DNA of 64,000 bases. It comes from Felis catus (lineage: Eukaryota). The DNA is taken from NCBI RefSeq assembly GCF_018350175.1, contig NC_058373.1, forward strand, positions 112,904,001 to 112,968,000, read 5' to 3'. The first letter of the stretch is position 1, and the number at the start of each line of letters is the position of its first letter. Shown in pieces: positions 1 through 12,508 of this stretch. The notes beneath the pieces were generated by a model, which saw nothing but the letters and a program-made list of their open reading frames with translations, searched no databases and was not told where the DNA came from. A program made the translations under genes and the position numbers.

Positions 1-467
1 TTATTTGCATCATCAGCTGGCCTATCCCAGGACCTTTATCCACATACAAAGATTAATCCATGAAGATGTGCATGTCACTGCTGCTTTGTTTCCAAGGACT
101 TAACTATAATCCTCTAGAGCTGACATGCTATAAATTACGTATTATAAAATTGGTGAAATTGGCTAATATCTCTTTATATTAACACAAAATTGTATTTTGT
201 TGATGATATTCATTGTCCATTCACCAGAACCACATTCTACATCAACCTGTGTTTATATTCTTTCCATTTACTCCTTTTTCCAACCATTTGACTCACCCTA
301 ATGATAAAGGGTCCGAGAGCTCTAGGCATGCAATAATCAGGAACCCAATATGTGCATATCTTATAGTATTTTAACACAACTAGATAAGTTCCTATCTTTT
401 TCCCTAACACAAAATGAAAAAGATTGATGAAAAACCTGTACAAAATACTTAATTCAAAAATACTTTA

Positions 468-670
468 GGGGCACCTGGGTGGCCCTGGGTGGTCAGTTAA
501 GCGTCTGAATTCGGCTCAGGTCATGATCTCGCAGTTCATGAGTTCAAGCCCCGCATCAGACTGTCTCTTGTCAGTGCAGAGCCCACCTTGGATACTCTGT
601 CTCCCTCTCTGTCTGCCCGTTCCCTGTTCACACTCTCTTTCTCTCTCAAAAATAAATGAACATTTAAAAT
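468..670 (+). mobile_element. Can-SINE (SINEC)
   Basis: GGGGCACCTGGGTGG head, (CT)n region, A-rich tail, TSD aatacttta. Confidence 0.9.
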
Positions 671-1239
671 AATACTTTAAATACATCCATTATTGAATAT
701 AATTCTTCCAAGAGGTTTGCCCAATGTGTTTAACTTTGAAAGGGATTTTTTTAAAGTTTTTTAAGTGTTTTACATATAGATCCTAACTTTATTAAATACC
801 TGGGTACCTTTTCGGCTGCATAAGTAATTAAGTGGATGATTTTAAAGAGTCCTATGTTTGTAGTTTGAACCTCATGTGAGCCATTTTTCAAACTTCTATT
901 TTTGTGTTTTCTCCTTTGGAGCTTGCTTCCCAAAGCCAAACAACCCCCAGTACCTTCATTGACAGGCCAGTGCCTGAAGAGGAGAATTTTATCCAGATCC
1001 AGTAAGAGAACATTAGATGAAACTATTTAGGCCGGAACCAGGCCTGGCTTGCTATTGAGCCATTTAGACTTTTCACATGTAGTTCTGAATGTATCTGAGG
1101 CCCAAACTATGATTTTCTTCTGTTTTAGTCATGAATATTCTCCTATACTGTCAAACATGCTAAAGTTGAACTCTGCCAGATTGTTAGGTGTGTTTATATG
1201 ATAAGCTTCTGTCAGTAGTGCAGCAATAATAACAACAAC

Positions 1240-1460
1240 TAACCTTTCTTTTAAAACTTAGTTTGGACTGCATACTATTCCATAAACTGTTTTGTATGTA
1301 TTATGTCACTTAATCCTCATAACAACCCTATACTATCTCTACTTTGTAGAAGGAAAGCTGAAGCACAGAGAAGTTAGGTAACTTGTCCAAGGTTCTCCAT
1401 CTAACAGGTAGTAGCCCCAGGATTTAAACTCAGGCATCTGACTTTAGAGCATACTCTTGA
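1240..1460 (-). mobile_element. MIR SINE remnant
   Basis: Reverse-complement MIR core (gaagcacagagaagttaggtaacttgtccaagg). Confidence 0.75.
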
Positions 1461-1804
1461 TCTCTGTGCTATACCACCTCCCAGTTGGTTTATCTCTTGT
1501 AGAGCCTTAGAGAACTGAAGGTAGCCTCTCAGATGAATCTCAAGCTCCTCTCCTTACCTCTGTCACCCCTGGAAAAAGAGTGAAATGATGTTCTAGTTAC
1601 AAATCTTCTACTTCTCTTCCACCCCCTTTACCTCCTTCTCTTTCCCTCCCTCCCCCATCAAATAATGCATTAAGGTAAAGGGACATGAAAAAACTTCACT
1701 ACCAAGAGAAATTTGGGGAAATATATGCTATCTCACCGAGCTACCATTTGATTTCAAGTTAACAAAAAAACATGAGGCTAGCTTAAGCGAAGGAGGGGTT
1801 TATG

Positions 1805-2806
1805 GAGCAAAGGAAACAATCAATAAAACTAAAAGGCAGCCAACAGAATGGGAAAAGATATGTGCAAATGACATATCGGACAAAGGGCTAGTACCCAAAA
1901 TCTATAAAGAGCTCACCAAACTCCACACCCAAAAAACAAATAATCCAGTGAAGAAATGGGCAGAAAACATGAATAGACACTTCTCTAAAGAAGACATCCA
2001 GATGGCCAACAGGCACATGAAAAGATGCTCAATGTCGCTCCTCATCAGGGAAATACAAATCAAAACCACACTCAGATATCACCTCACCCCAGTCAGAGTG
2101 GCCAAAATGAACAAATCAGGAGACTAGAGATGCTGGAGAGGATGTGGAGAAACGGGAACCCTCTTGCACTGTTGGTGGGAATGCAAACTGGTGCGGCCAC
2201 TCTGGAAAACAGTGTGGAGGTTCCTCAAAAAATTAAAAATAGACCTACCCTATGACCCAGCAGTAGCATTGCTAGGAATTTACCCAGGGGATACAGGAAT
2301 GCTGATGCATAGGGTCACTTGTACCCCAATGTTTATAGCAGCACTCTCAACTATAGCCAAATTGTGGAAAGAGCCTAAATGTCCATCAACTGATGAATGG
2401 ATAAAGAAATTGTGGTTTATATACACAATGGAGTATTACGTGGCAATGAGAAAGAATGAAATATGGCCCTTTGTAGCAACGTGGATGGAACTGGAGAGTG
2501 TGATGCTAAGTGAAATAAGTCATACAGAGAAAGACAGATACCGTATGTTTTCACTCTTATGTGGATCCTGAGAAACTTAACAGAAACCCATGGGGGAGGG
2601 GAAAGAAAAAAAGAAAAAAAAAGAGGTTAGAGTGGGAGAGAGAGCCAAAACATAAGAGACTCTAAAAAAACTGAGAACAAACTGAGGGTTGATGGGGGGT
2701 GGGAGGGAGGGAGGGTAGGTGATGGGTATTGAAGAGGGCATCTTTTGGGATGAGCACGGGTGTTGTATGGAAACTAATTTGACAATAAATTTCATATAAT
2801 AAAAAA
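1805..2806 (+). mobile_element. 5'-truncated young feline L1 (ORF2 C-terminus, 3' UTR, A tail)
   Basis: ORF2 peptide HCWWECKL...PKCPS. One in-frame TAG at 2125. TSD aag[g/t]aggggtttatg at 1790-1804 and 2807-2821. Confidence 0.95.
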
Positions 2807-3548
2807 AAGTAGGGGTTTATGTGAAGATGTAGGGCTATCTCATGGAACCCAGGAGCAAAATAGGCCTCAACTAGAATTAGAACTAGAAAAGCAGAAGCTA
2901 GGATTGCTCCCTTTTTCGATGTGCATGTTGAATGTCCAGGGGAGAGAAAGAGAACATCCCCTCTGCACAGGTAAGAAGTTCTCAGAAAACAAGGGTATTG
3001 CTAGACAGATATTCCTCAAAAGCCTCCCTTCCTGCACTCTGTCATTTAAAGAGGAATGCAAGTGCAGTGCATTATAGTTTAAGATAGTAACTAGATAGTT
3101 CTTTTTAGCTCACCCTTGCCTTCCTATCTGCCCATAAGCCCTCATGCCTGGCACTTTGTTTTATTTCTTGCTTCATCAATCTCAAAGTATGCCTTTGTAA
3201 CCCTTCTAACGTCCAGAGGATAGACTCTTGATTTTGCTCCACCTCTTCTTCCCAGGCCTTTGACCTGTGCAAGCAATGGTCCTGTATATTTGTCTTTTCA
3301 GTTGACTATCAGGAATCTGCCTAGTTTCAATTCCTGATGTTCATCCTGTCCTTTTACCCTCTCAGAATATTTCATACAGTCTCTGCCTTACTAGTTTTTT
3401 CTCCTACCCTTTTTTCCCCAATAAATACCTACTGCCTCTTCATATTTCTAGGGAACCCCCCACCACCACCCTTTCCTTGTTAGATGAAGTCCCAATTCTT
3501 GAGCTTAAGGGCCCTCCAAAATACTATCCTATCCCAGTCATTCTACAT

Positions 3549-3618
3549 CCTTCCCTTCCCTTCCCTTCCCTTCCCTTCCCTTCCCTTCCCTTCCCTTCCC
3601 TTCCCTTCCCTTCCCTTC
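3549..3618. repeat. (CTTCC)n microsatellite
   Basis: About 14 perfect pentamer units. Confidence 0.95.
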
Positions 3619-3955
3619 TTTGTAGTTGTCAAGGCTAGAAACTTGGGTTCAGCCCTGACCTCTCCTTCTTCCCCCTCTCCTGTATCCAATACTAAGTTCT
3701 AAATATCTCTGGAGTATATCATTTCTCTCAGTCTCCATCACAACCTGCTCCCCAAGCTGACACCCCATGTCCTGATCACTGCAGAAGCCTCCTGACTGCC
3801 CTTGCCCATGCTAGTTCCCCCAGACTCCTACAGAATTCAGTCTCTAAATCTCAAACCTGCTTATGTCATTGTCCTATTTAATATGTTAAAGATGTTCCAT
3901 TGTGCAGAGGATAAAGGTAAATTTCTCGTGGTCAACAGGCCCTTCATAGTCTGAC

Positions 3956-4230
3956 TCTGATGGTTTATTTGATATGTCAATTTGACAGGGCCATCAGGTG
4001 CCCAAACATTTGGCCAAACATTATTCTAGGTGTGCCTGTGAGGGTGTTTCTGGATGAGACCAACATTTGAATCAGTAACTAAGGCAGGTTGCCCTTTCTG
4101 ATGTTGCTAGGTCTCATCCAATCAACTGAAGACCTGAATAGAAGAAAGACTGAGTAAGAGGGAAATCCTCCTGCCCAATTGTCTGAGCTGAGACCCTGGT
4201 CTTTCCTGCTTTCAGACTCAAATGGAAAAT
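3956..4230 (+). mobile_element. MLT2-type ERVL LTR fragment
   Basis: Resembles the MLT2 5' part (aaacattattctaggtgtgcctgtgagggtgtttctggatgag...catccaatcaactgaagacctgaataga). Confidence 0.75.
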
Positions 4231-4424
4231 AGACTTACATGACTGTTCTAGACAGTTTATTTTCTCCATATTAATCCCCAGTGAGGCTGCATTGCAGGCT
4301 GATATTCTTTTTTATAAAGCCTTTTCTCATTCCTTCCACCTGTAAACATCCAGCCCATTTCTCAAGGTCTAACTAACTTAAGTCATATCCCCTCTAAAGA
4401 GTCTTGTGTGACCTCTCCAATATC

Positions 4425-4529
4425 TAGGGTCACGCACTGTCCTGATTTGCCTGGGATTTCCTAGGACATGTGACTTTCAGTACTAAATCTGGGATTATCC
4501 TAGGCAAACTGAGATGGTTAGACAGCCTA
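4425..4529. mobile_element. MER81-like hAT-Blackjack MITE
   Basis: Imperfect terminal inverted repeats tagggtca...cagccta, about 105 bp. Confidence 0.6.
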
Positions 4530-4798
4530 CCAACACCTCAATGTCTCTTCCTTGTTAGAACAAAAAGTCCTGTGAAATTATCAGTAGCCACTATTTCTGT
4601 ACTTATGATGTCCTTTCTCTGCAGTAAGACTTAGGCTCCTATTGGACAGAGACCTTTTTGATTGCCACTTCATACATAGTATAATGCTATACCTATGTTA
4701 ATGCCTACCCAGTGAATAAAGTGGTTTAGTTTTAAGTTGGCACTCATAGGTAAAATCTTGTCCTTATGATTAACTTATTTGTCTTTATTTCTTTCCAG

Positions 4799-4886
4799 CC
4801 CAGATGACTTACTCAATGCCTTGAATGAGGGTATCAGTCGTGCTGATGTCATCATCACATCAGGGGGTGTATCCATGGGGGAAAAG
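4799..4886 (+). CDS. GPHN: Gephyrin coding exon (E domain), (N)[29 protein letters not shown]
   Basis: Pyrimidine tract ...ctttccag| acceptor and |gtatga donor. 88 bp. Translation has the MoeA/gephyrin ITSGGVSMG motif. Ends in phase 0. Confidence 0.97.
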
Positions 4887-6215
4887 GTATGAAAAGATGG
4901 GATTCATGAAAATTTATCTGCTGTAATGTCCTTGCATATGGTTTATTAACTAAAGTCTGGTACATATCTGTTACCCATAACCAGACCTGCACAAATCTGG
5001 AAATCCCTAGGGCTTCAGAAATTTCTGGGCATTCTAAAAGGGATGCAGTATGGGTAGATCAGGAGCAACTTGGAGAATCCCACAGCATGCAAAATGGTTC
5101 CAATGTTCCCCTGTAGATTTCTGTTTCTTTGCTTGCTCAACTTTGCTATAACATTAGGACTTCCTTTATACATGATATTTAACCCCAAGATAAAGCTCCA
5201 AGATCCTGTCCTCCCCTGCCACATATTCCAAACCTGATAACCCTTAGCTTCCCAGAGGGAAGAAAGACAGAATTAGGCATTCCATTGCGCCTTTTGACAA
5301 ATAATAAGGCTCATAATCATAATAAATGAAGGAAATAAAATGCAAACATATATATATAAGCATATATAGGATTTTATAAGACTAAGTATATTTGCATAAA
5401 ATATATGCTTAGTCTTTTAAAAATCCTAATTCCAGTGTCCCAATATCATTAAATTTATATATCTTAATGAAATGTGTTGGTTCATGATGATTATTGGGAC
5501 TACTGAATAATGTTATAAAAGCAAAATATACTTTACTACAGTAACCAACCTGATGTTTTGGCTCAAAAATATTTCAGAACACAAAATGTTTTTACTGACC
5601 TGTAATCCCTTTCCATCTTTTATTTTTTCATATTAATGACTAAACTGAAAAATTATAAGAATATTGTCAGAATGGCAGTTTTTACTAAAATTCAGATTTT
5701 CCAAGAGCATAATTAATTTTTGGCTAGATCTTATATATATGATTGTTCTTGGTCTCTGCCCTCTCTAGCTATAAAACTGCCTAAATGTATAACCTTACTC
5801 TTTAGCAGAATTCAGTTGTGTGAATAGAGAATGTCTACCTTTCATTCACAACTAGTTTTAGAGTGTTTACAAACAGCCCTTAAGTGGCCAAAAACCATAG
5901 AAGAAAAATAGAGGATCTCAGTCTAAGACAACCATCTCAGATTACATCCAAGAATGAAAGTGTTGAATTGTGGGTAGGTATTCTCCTTATAGCAGACAGA
6001 TGGCTAGGTTAGTCTTAGCGTCTCACAGAAGTCCTTAGCCCCAGGTGGAGCAAATTGCTGCAGACCTCTTTTGAGATCACAAAGGCCAGGGCTGAATGAA
6101 GTCTGCGTTGTCATAGAGCTATAAGAAATAATTTTCAGCCTGTCTGTTTTCATTACCATCAAACTCCCTGTGGTAACACAAGAGCAAACCCTGAAGTTAA
6201 GAGTACTTAATGTTA

Positions 6216-6434
6216 GGGCACCTGGGTGTCTCAGTCGGTTAAGTGTCCAACTTTGGCAGGTCATGGTCTCATGGTTTGTGAGTTAGAGCCCCGCATCGTG
6301 CTCTGTGCTGACAGCTCAGAGCTTGGAGCCTACTTTGCATTCTGTGTCCCTCTCTCTCTTTCTGCCCCAGCCCTGCTTGTGCTCTCTCTTTTTCTTTCAA
6401 AAATGAATAAACATTAAAAACAAAATTTTTTTAA
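6216..6434 (+). mobile_element. Can-SINE
   Basis: 17-bp TSD aagagtacttaatgtta at 6199-6215 and 6435-6451. Confidence 0.93.
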
Positions 6435-7636
6435 AAGAGTACTTAATGTTAAATTTGTTTCCAGGGAGTATTTCATGTATAATTTATCTTGGTTGCAAAT
6501 GAGCTTAATTACAGAACAATACCTGTTTGACAAACCTGAAGTTTGTCTTCTCCAATATTTCTGAAAGCAACTAGCTTATAACATACATAGGTTTGGCAAT
6601 TGTGACTCAACTCTGGTAAGGACAGAACACTTCTCAACCTTAACCTTCTTTATTAGTGCTCACAAATATGTGATTTTTCCTAGGGACTTAAAAATAAAGA
6701 AGCAATATAGTAAAGCACATTGGTTTTATTTATTTTACTATCTGTATGGTAAAATACTTACACTAAACCTTTAGTTTACTAAGGAGGAGATTTTAGGAAC
6801 TAGGCATCCCGTAGTATTCCATGGGAGCTAATAATTGTCCTTTCTTCCTCCTTGAGTGGGAATGAGACAAAAAAGGAACTGGGAAGAAAGACATAAAGCC
6901 TAAGTGCTGCAGACTCCTACCAACCTTCTAGTTGCCAAAAAAGAATTTCAGTTGTACTCAGTGGCAGGAGGAAAGAAAAGCATAAGAAACAGAACATCTG
7001 CTTCAGCCCAAGGGCTAAGCCTGAAAACCAGTCGGTGAAAAGGCAGGAAGGTCAAGGAAAGATCCAAAAAGCATTATGTAACAAGCATGAATCTTGTGTG
7101 CAGAAACTCAGGTATGCAAGAAATTTATTTACTTGATTCAACTTAAATCCTACTATGAGCACCTATGCTACAGAACAGGCAAGAAATTTATTGAAGCCAT
7201 TATGGAACTCACCCACTCCAAGGATTATGCCAAGAAACCGTAAAGGGCTTAAGAGGCCAACAGCAGATCAGGAAGACACATGTGGTCACCAGTCTGCACC
7301 GGATACACCTAGAGCATCTCTCTAGTGCCATTAGGTCTCAGTTATTTGCTCCTTTGGGACTTGCTAAACACACTGGGATCATGGGGAGTCTGGGAGCCTT
7401 AGGGCAAGGGGAAGGAGCTCCTAATGCTTGTGAGACCCACAGACCTCAATCCTCTTCTTAGCCAAGAAAAAATGGCTCTTCCACAGTTGCTTCCCTCAAA
7501 ATCTTTTCCTATTTCTACCTCCCTCTGCCCCCAAGTGTTTACTTTTGTAAAATACTGACAATTTCAAATACATAGTATCTGCTTTTTGCTATGAAAACTA
7601 AAGAATTTATATGCATTACTATGCAGAGTACTATAC

Positions 7637-7830
7637 AGTCAGTTAAGCCTCCAACTCTTGGTTTTGGCTCACGTCATGATCTCACAGTTCGTGAGATTGA
7701 GCCTGCGTCAGGCTCCACACTGTCAGCACGGAGCCTGCTTGGGATTCTCTTTCCCTCACTTTCTGCCTCTCCCCCATACTTGCTGTCTCTTTCTCTCTCT
7801 CTCAAAATAAATTAATAAACATTTTTAAAA
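7637..7830 (+). mobile_element. Can-SINE lacking the 5' head
   Basis: Starts at cagtcagttaagc. Has the SINE body, CT tract and aataaac tail. Confidence 0.85.
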
Positions 7831-9038
7831 GAATGATTACATTACTATAAATGTTTCACAACCTACAGGATTGTAAAATAGCTCAAAGACAATGAAAGGC
7901 ACAGATAACCAAGGAGGATATACTACACTGGACACCCAGTAATTTTTTTTTTGTCTATTTGAAAGTCTCTTAATTTTTTCCTGACAGTGTCTCCCTCCTA
8001 TCTCATATGATCAAAATAATCATAAAGATCATTATTGATCACCAAAAAAGGCTGGTCTCAAAGGCTTGCCCTGATTATTTAAACAGCAAAAGTGTTCATT
8101 AACCATATAGGCCTTCTTGACTTTGTTTTGCAAATCTAGAGCCATACAGCAATAGACTATTAAAATTAATCACTATTCCAAACAAATAAATACAATAAAA
8201 TTTCACTTATTGTTTATTTCAGTCCTGTGTCATTCTTGTTCTGCTATATTTGGGTTAGCAGTCCGCTTTCATGAAGCCATCTGCTTCTATTCTAAAGAGT
8301 CCTGGGACTCCTGACAGAGTCTACTGGTACTATATAAAAGTTATCTCAGCTGTATCACCTCAGGTGCCTATACCCAAGAGACTATTCTTTGAAGTGTCAG
8401 AAGTTCAAATTGAAGTGTCAGAAGGTCCTTTTCCCTAGTGCTCTGAATCTGTCTTTGTTGCAGGTACAAAAAAAGCAGAGCCTTTAAGCAAGCATTAGAG
8501 TAAAACAGAAACTTTCCAAAGATGACAGACACTGTATGGCGCTACTTAATTTGTTGCTGTAACTAATAATTTCAGAATAGAAGATAAGTAAAATTATCCA
8601 TTGAGATACAGTATGTAACTATTTCATAAAGGTTTTTATGTGTTCCCGCTGAGAGTGCAAACATATATGGGCAGTAAGACATTGCCAAATCTCTACACAA
8701 TTTCTAAACTATTTACATGAACTTCCACATATATGGATCTAACATTGGGCACACTGAGCATGTCTTCTCAGATATGACAGCAACTCCCCACCCATGAACC
8801 TCTTACAATGGTAACATATCGAAGAAACCTAAATCTTTCTAACATATCTTTTTATAAGATGAAAGAAGAAATCTTTGTGATTTTCTAGGGACCCTCTAGG
8901 AAATTTCAAAGACAGTTTTAGATGTAAAAGATATTCTGAAATATTTACCTTTTACTAAATTTAGATCTGATCTTTAGAAGGCAAAATCAAAAGAGCTATC
9001 AAAAAAGAATTGAGTCCTCAATTAAGATAGGATCATGA

Positions 9039-9264
9039 GGGACGCCTGGGTGGCTCAGTTGATTAAGTGTCCAACTTTGGCTCAGGTCATAATCTCACGG
9101 TTCGCGAGTTCAAGCCCTGCGGCAGGGTCTATGCTGACAGCTCAAAGCCTTGAGCCTGCTTTGGATTCTGTGTCTCTCTCTCTGCTCCACACCCCCGCCC
9201 CCCCCAATCACTCTCTGTCTCTATCTCTCTCTCAAAAATAAATAAACATTAAAAAAAAACTTTC
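9039..9264 (+). mobile_element. Can-SINE
   Basis: 15-bp TSD aagataggatcatga. Confidence 0.93.
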
Positions 9265-10497
9265 AAGATAGGATCATGAATACCTGAGAAACAATACTAG
9301 TTGCCTAATTTTTCAAAGCAACAATAAAATATTTGGAAATAAGCATAGAAAGTAGCATGATCGTAAAAAATCTTAGCTCATTCATAAATGAGGAAACTTC
9401 ATTTTTTATTTTTTATTTCTTTTAAAAAAAGGAAATAAACATAAAGCACAAAAGGAAGATTACACAAAAAGAATAACCTTTAGTTTCATGGGGAAAACAT
9501 TAATCACTAAACTAAAGAAATAAGCTCATCAAACTTGAATGAACTTACTAAAATTTTAAAATAGTTCTCAGCTTCATTTCAGACACAGGTATTATAAACC
9601 AAGGCAAATAAAAGTGTCTTTCAAAGTTTTGCCCTTTATTATGTTATTTTGTATTTTGCAACAAACCGCCACTTTACTTTAGAACAAAGAACAAGGGTCC
9701 CTTGACCCTTTAAGTGGGTCTGCAAGGTCAGAACTATTCCTAAGACTTTATCTGAATTTTTTATTCTCTTTCTCTCATAAATGTACAGTGAGTTTTTCCA
9801 GTGGCTGTATATTGTGTAACACCTCATCAGACTCAACACAGAAAAAAGTAAGAGAATCCAACTGACTTCTATTAAGCCAAATGTTAAAGGAATTGTCAAA
9901 ATTATAGAACAATGCATAAAAAATAAGTTACTTATATAAACACGACATGACCTTATCATTGCTGTTTCCAAATGAGCCAACATTTTTTTTAATATTTTAG
10001 TTTTAGTTTCTAATACAGTAACTATCAATAGGCATAACCTACATAAACAAAAGCTCTAGGGATCCATATAAATTTTAATTTAAGAGCGTGTAAAGTGTCC
10101 TGAGATCAAATATTTTGAGGGCTGGCTGGACTTTAAAAAAAAATACTCTTTTTTCCTTGAAAAACAAAAGAACACACATCGTTATACTTCTCTGTCATTA
10201 ATGTTACTAGCATAATTATAACCACCCATATTTCATCAAAATGTTTAAGGAAATAACTAATTTTATCTTTCACAGTGAAAACTAGATAATTGAGAAATCA
10301 TATGTAGGCATTTGAGAAGACTAGCAAAGTTCATAAACACACAGAATATAACTTTCTACAGCCACATGCATCCTTTCTGTACTTTCCTGATGTAGTACAG
10401 ATGAACAAACATATTAATTAACATGACCTAAAGATATAGCTTCTCCCTAGCATATAAAAGTAAGAAACAAAGTATATTAACTTTCAAACAAAAGTGT

Positions 10498-10983
10498 GGA
10501 TGGTACCCAACTTATGGTAGTTCGACTTAATGAATTTTCAACTTTACAATGGTGCAAAAGTGATGCACATTAGTAGAAACCAGACTTCAAATTTTGAATT
10601 TTGATCTTTTCCCAGCCTAGCGATATGCAGGGCAATACTCTGTCGTGATTCTGGGCAGCCACAGCAAGTCGCAGCTCACAGTCAGCCACAATCCCAAGGG
10701 TAAACAACTGATAAACTTACAACCATCCTGTACCCACTCAACCATCCTCTTTTTCACTTTCAGTATAGTATTCAATAAATGACATAAGATATTCAGCACT
10801 GTATTATGAAACAGGCTTTACAGAAGGGTTCTGTAATGTAAATGTTCCGAGCACACTTAAGGTAGCTTAGGCTAAGCTGTCATGTTCGGTGGGTTAGCTT
10901 TATTAAATGTATTTTCAACTTATGATATTTTCAACTTACAGCAGGTTCAGGAGGTAACTCCATCATGAGTGAAGGAAGACCTG
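10498..10983 (-). mobile_element. Tigger5/MER47-like DNA transposon relic
   Basis: Characteristic cttaaggtagcttaggctaagct and ttttcaacttatgatattttcaacttac motifs. Ends ...cctg|ta. Confidence 0.75.
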
Positions 10984-11050
10984 TATATTAACTTAAATTA
11001 TGCTTAGTTATCAATGACCCAGGATTCTGTCTTACTTAGAAATCATCCGG

Positions 11051-12469
11051 TGGCACAAAAACAGGCACATAGACCAATGGAATAGAATAGAAACCCCAGA
11101 ACTAGACCCACAAACATATGGCCAACTCATCTTTGACAAAGCAGGAAAGAACATCCAATGGAAAAAAGACAGCCTCTTTAACAAATGGTGCTGGGAGAAC
11201 TGGACAGCAATATGCAGAAGGTTGAAACTAGACCATTTTCTTACACCATTCACAAAAATAAACTCAAAATGGATAAAGGACCTAAATGTGAGACAGGAAA
11301 CCATCAAAACCTTAGAGGAGAAAGCAGGAAAAGACCTCTCTGACCTCAGCCGTAGCAATCTCTTACTCGACACATCCCCAAAGGCAAGGGAATTAAAAGC
11401 AAAAGTGAATTACTGGGACCTTATGAAGATAAAAAGCTTCTGCACAGCAAAGGAAACAACCAACAAAACTAAAAGGCAACCAACGGAATGGGAAAAGATA
11501 TTCGCAAATGACATATCGGACAAAGGGCTAGTATCCAAAATCTATAAAGAGCTCACCAAACTCCACACCCGAAAAACAAATAACCCAGTGAAGAAATGGG
11601 CAGAAAACATGAATAGACACTTCTCTAAAGAAGACATCCAGATGGCCAACAGGCACATGAAAAGATGTTCAGCGTCGCTCCTTATCAGGGAAATACAAAT
11701 CAAAACCACACTCAGGTATCACCTCACGCCAGTCAGAGTGGCCAAAATGAACAAATCAGGAGACTATAGATGCTGGAGAGGATGCGGAGAAACGGGAACC
11801 CTCTTGCACTGTTGGTGGGAATGCAAATTGGTGCAGCCGCTCTGGAAAGCAGTGTGGAGGTTCCTCAGAAAATTAAAAATAGACCTACCCTATGACCCAG
11901 CAATAGCACTGCTAGGAATTTATCCAAGGGATACAGGAGTACTGATGCATAGGGCCACTTGTACCCCAATGTTCATAGCAGCACTCTCAACAATAGCCAA
12001 ATTATGGAAAGAGCCTAAATGTCCATCAACTGATGAATGGATAAAGAAATTGTGGTTTATATACACAATGGAATATTACGTGGCAATGAGAAAAAATGAA
12101 ATATGGCCTTTTGTAGCAACGTGGATGGAAGTGGAGAGTGTGATGCTAAGTGAAATAAGCCATACAGAGAAAGACAAATACCATATGGTTTCACTCTTAG
12201 GTGGACCCTGAGAAACCGAACAGGAACCCATGGGGGAGGGAAAGAAAAAAAAAAAAAAACAGGTTAGAGTGGGAGAGAGCCAAAGCATAAGAGACTCTTA
12301 AAAACTGAGAACAAACTGAGGGTTGATGGGGGGTGGGAGGGAGGAGAGGGTGGGTGATGGGTATTGAGGAGGGCACCTTTTGGGATGAGCACTGGGTGTT
12401 GTATGGAAACCAATTTGTCAATAAATTTCATATAAAAAAATAAATAAATAAAACTGCAAGGTTTTCTTA

Positions 12470-12500
<31 letters not shown>

Positions 12501-12508
12501 CAAAAAAA
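11051..12508 (+). mobile_element. 5'-truncated very young feline L1 with uninterrupted ORF2 C-terminus
   Basis: Open frame 11051-12211, 3' UTR, A tails. Perfect 13-bp TSD agaaatcatccgg at 11038-11050 and 12509-12521. Confidence 0.97.

Noticed and set aside
1740..3000. LTR33/LTR16-like relic flanking the first L1
   Set aside because: Resemblance is limited to a short motif and is too degraded to call without a profile search.
11032..11373. 113-aa minus-strand ORF, and similar ORFs at 35492 and 52521
   Set aside because: Antisense frames of L1 ORF2.
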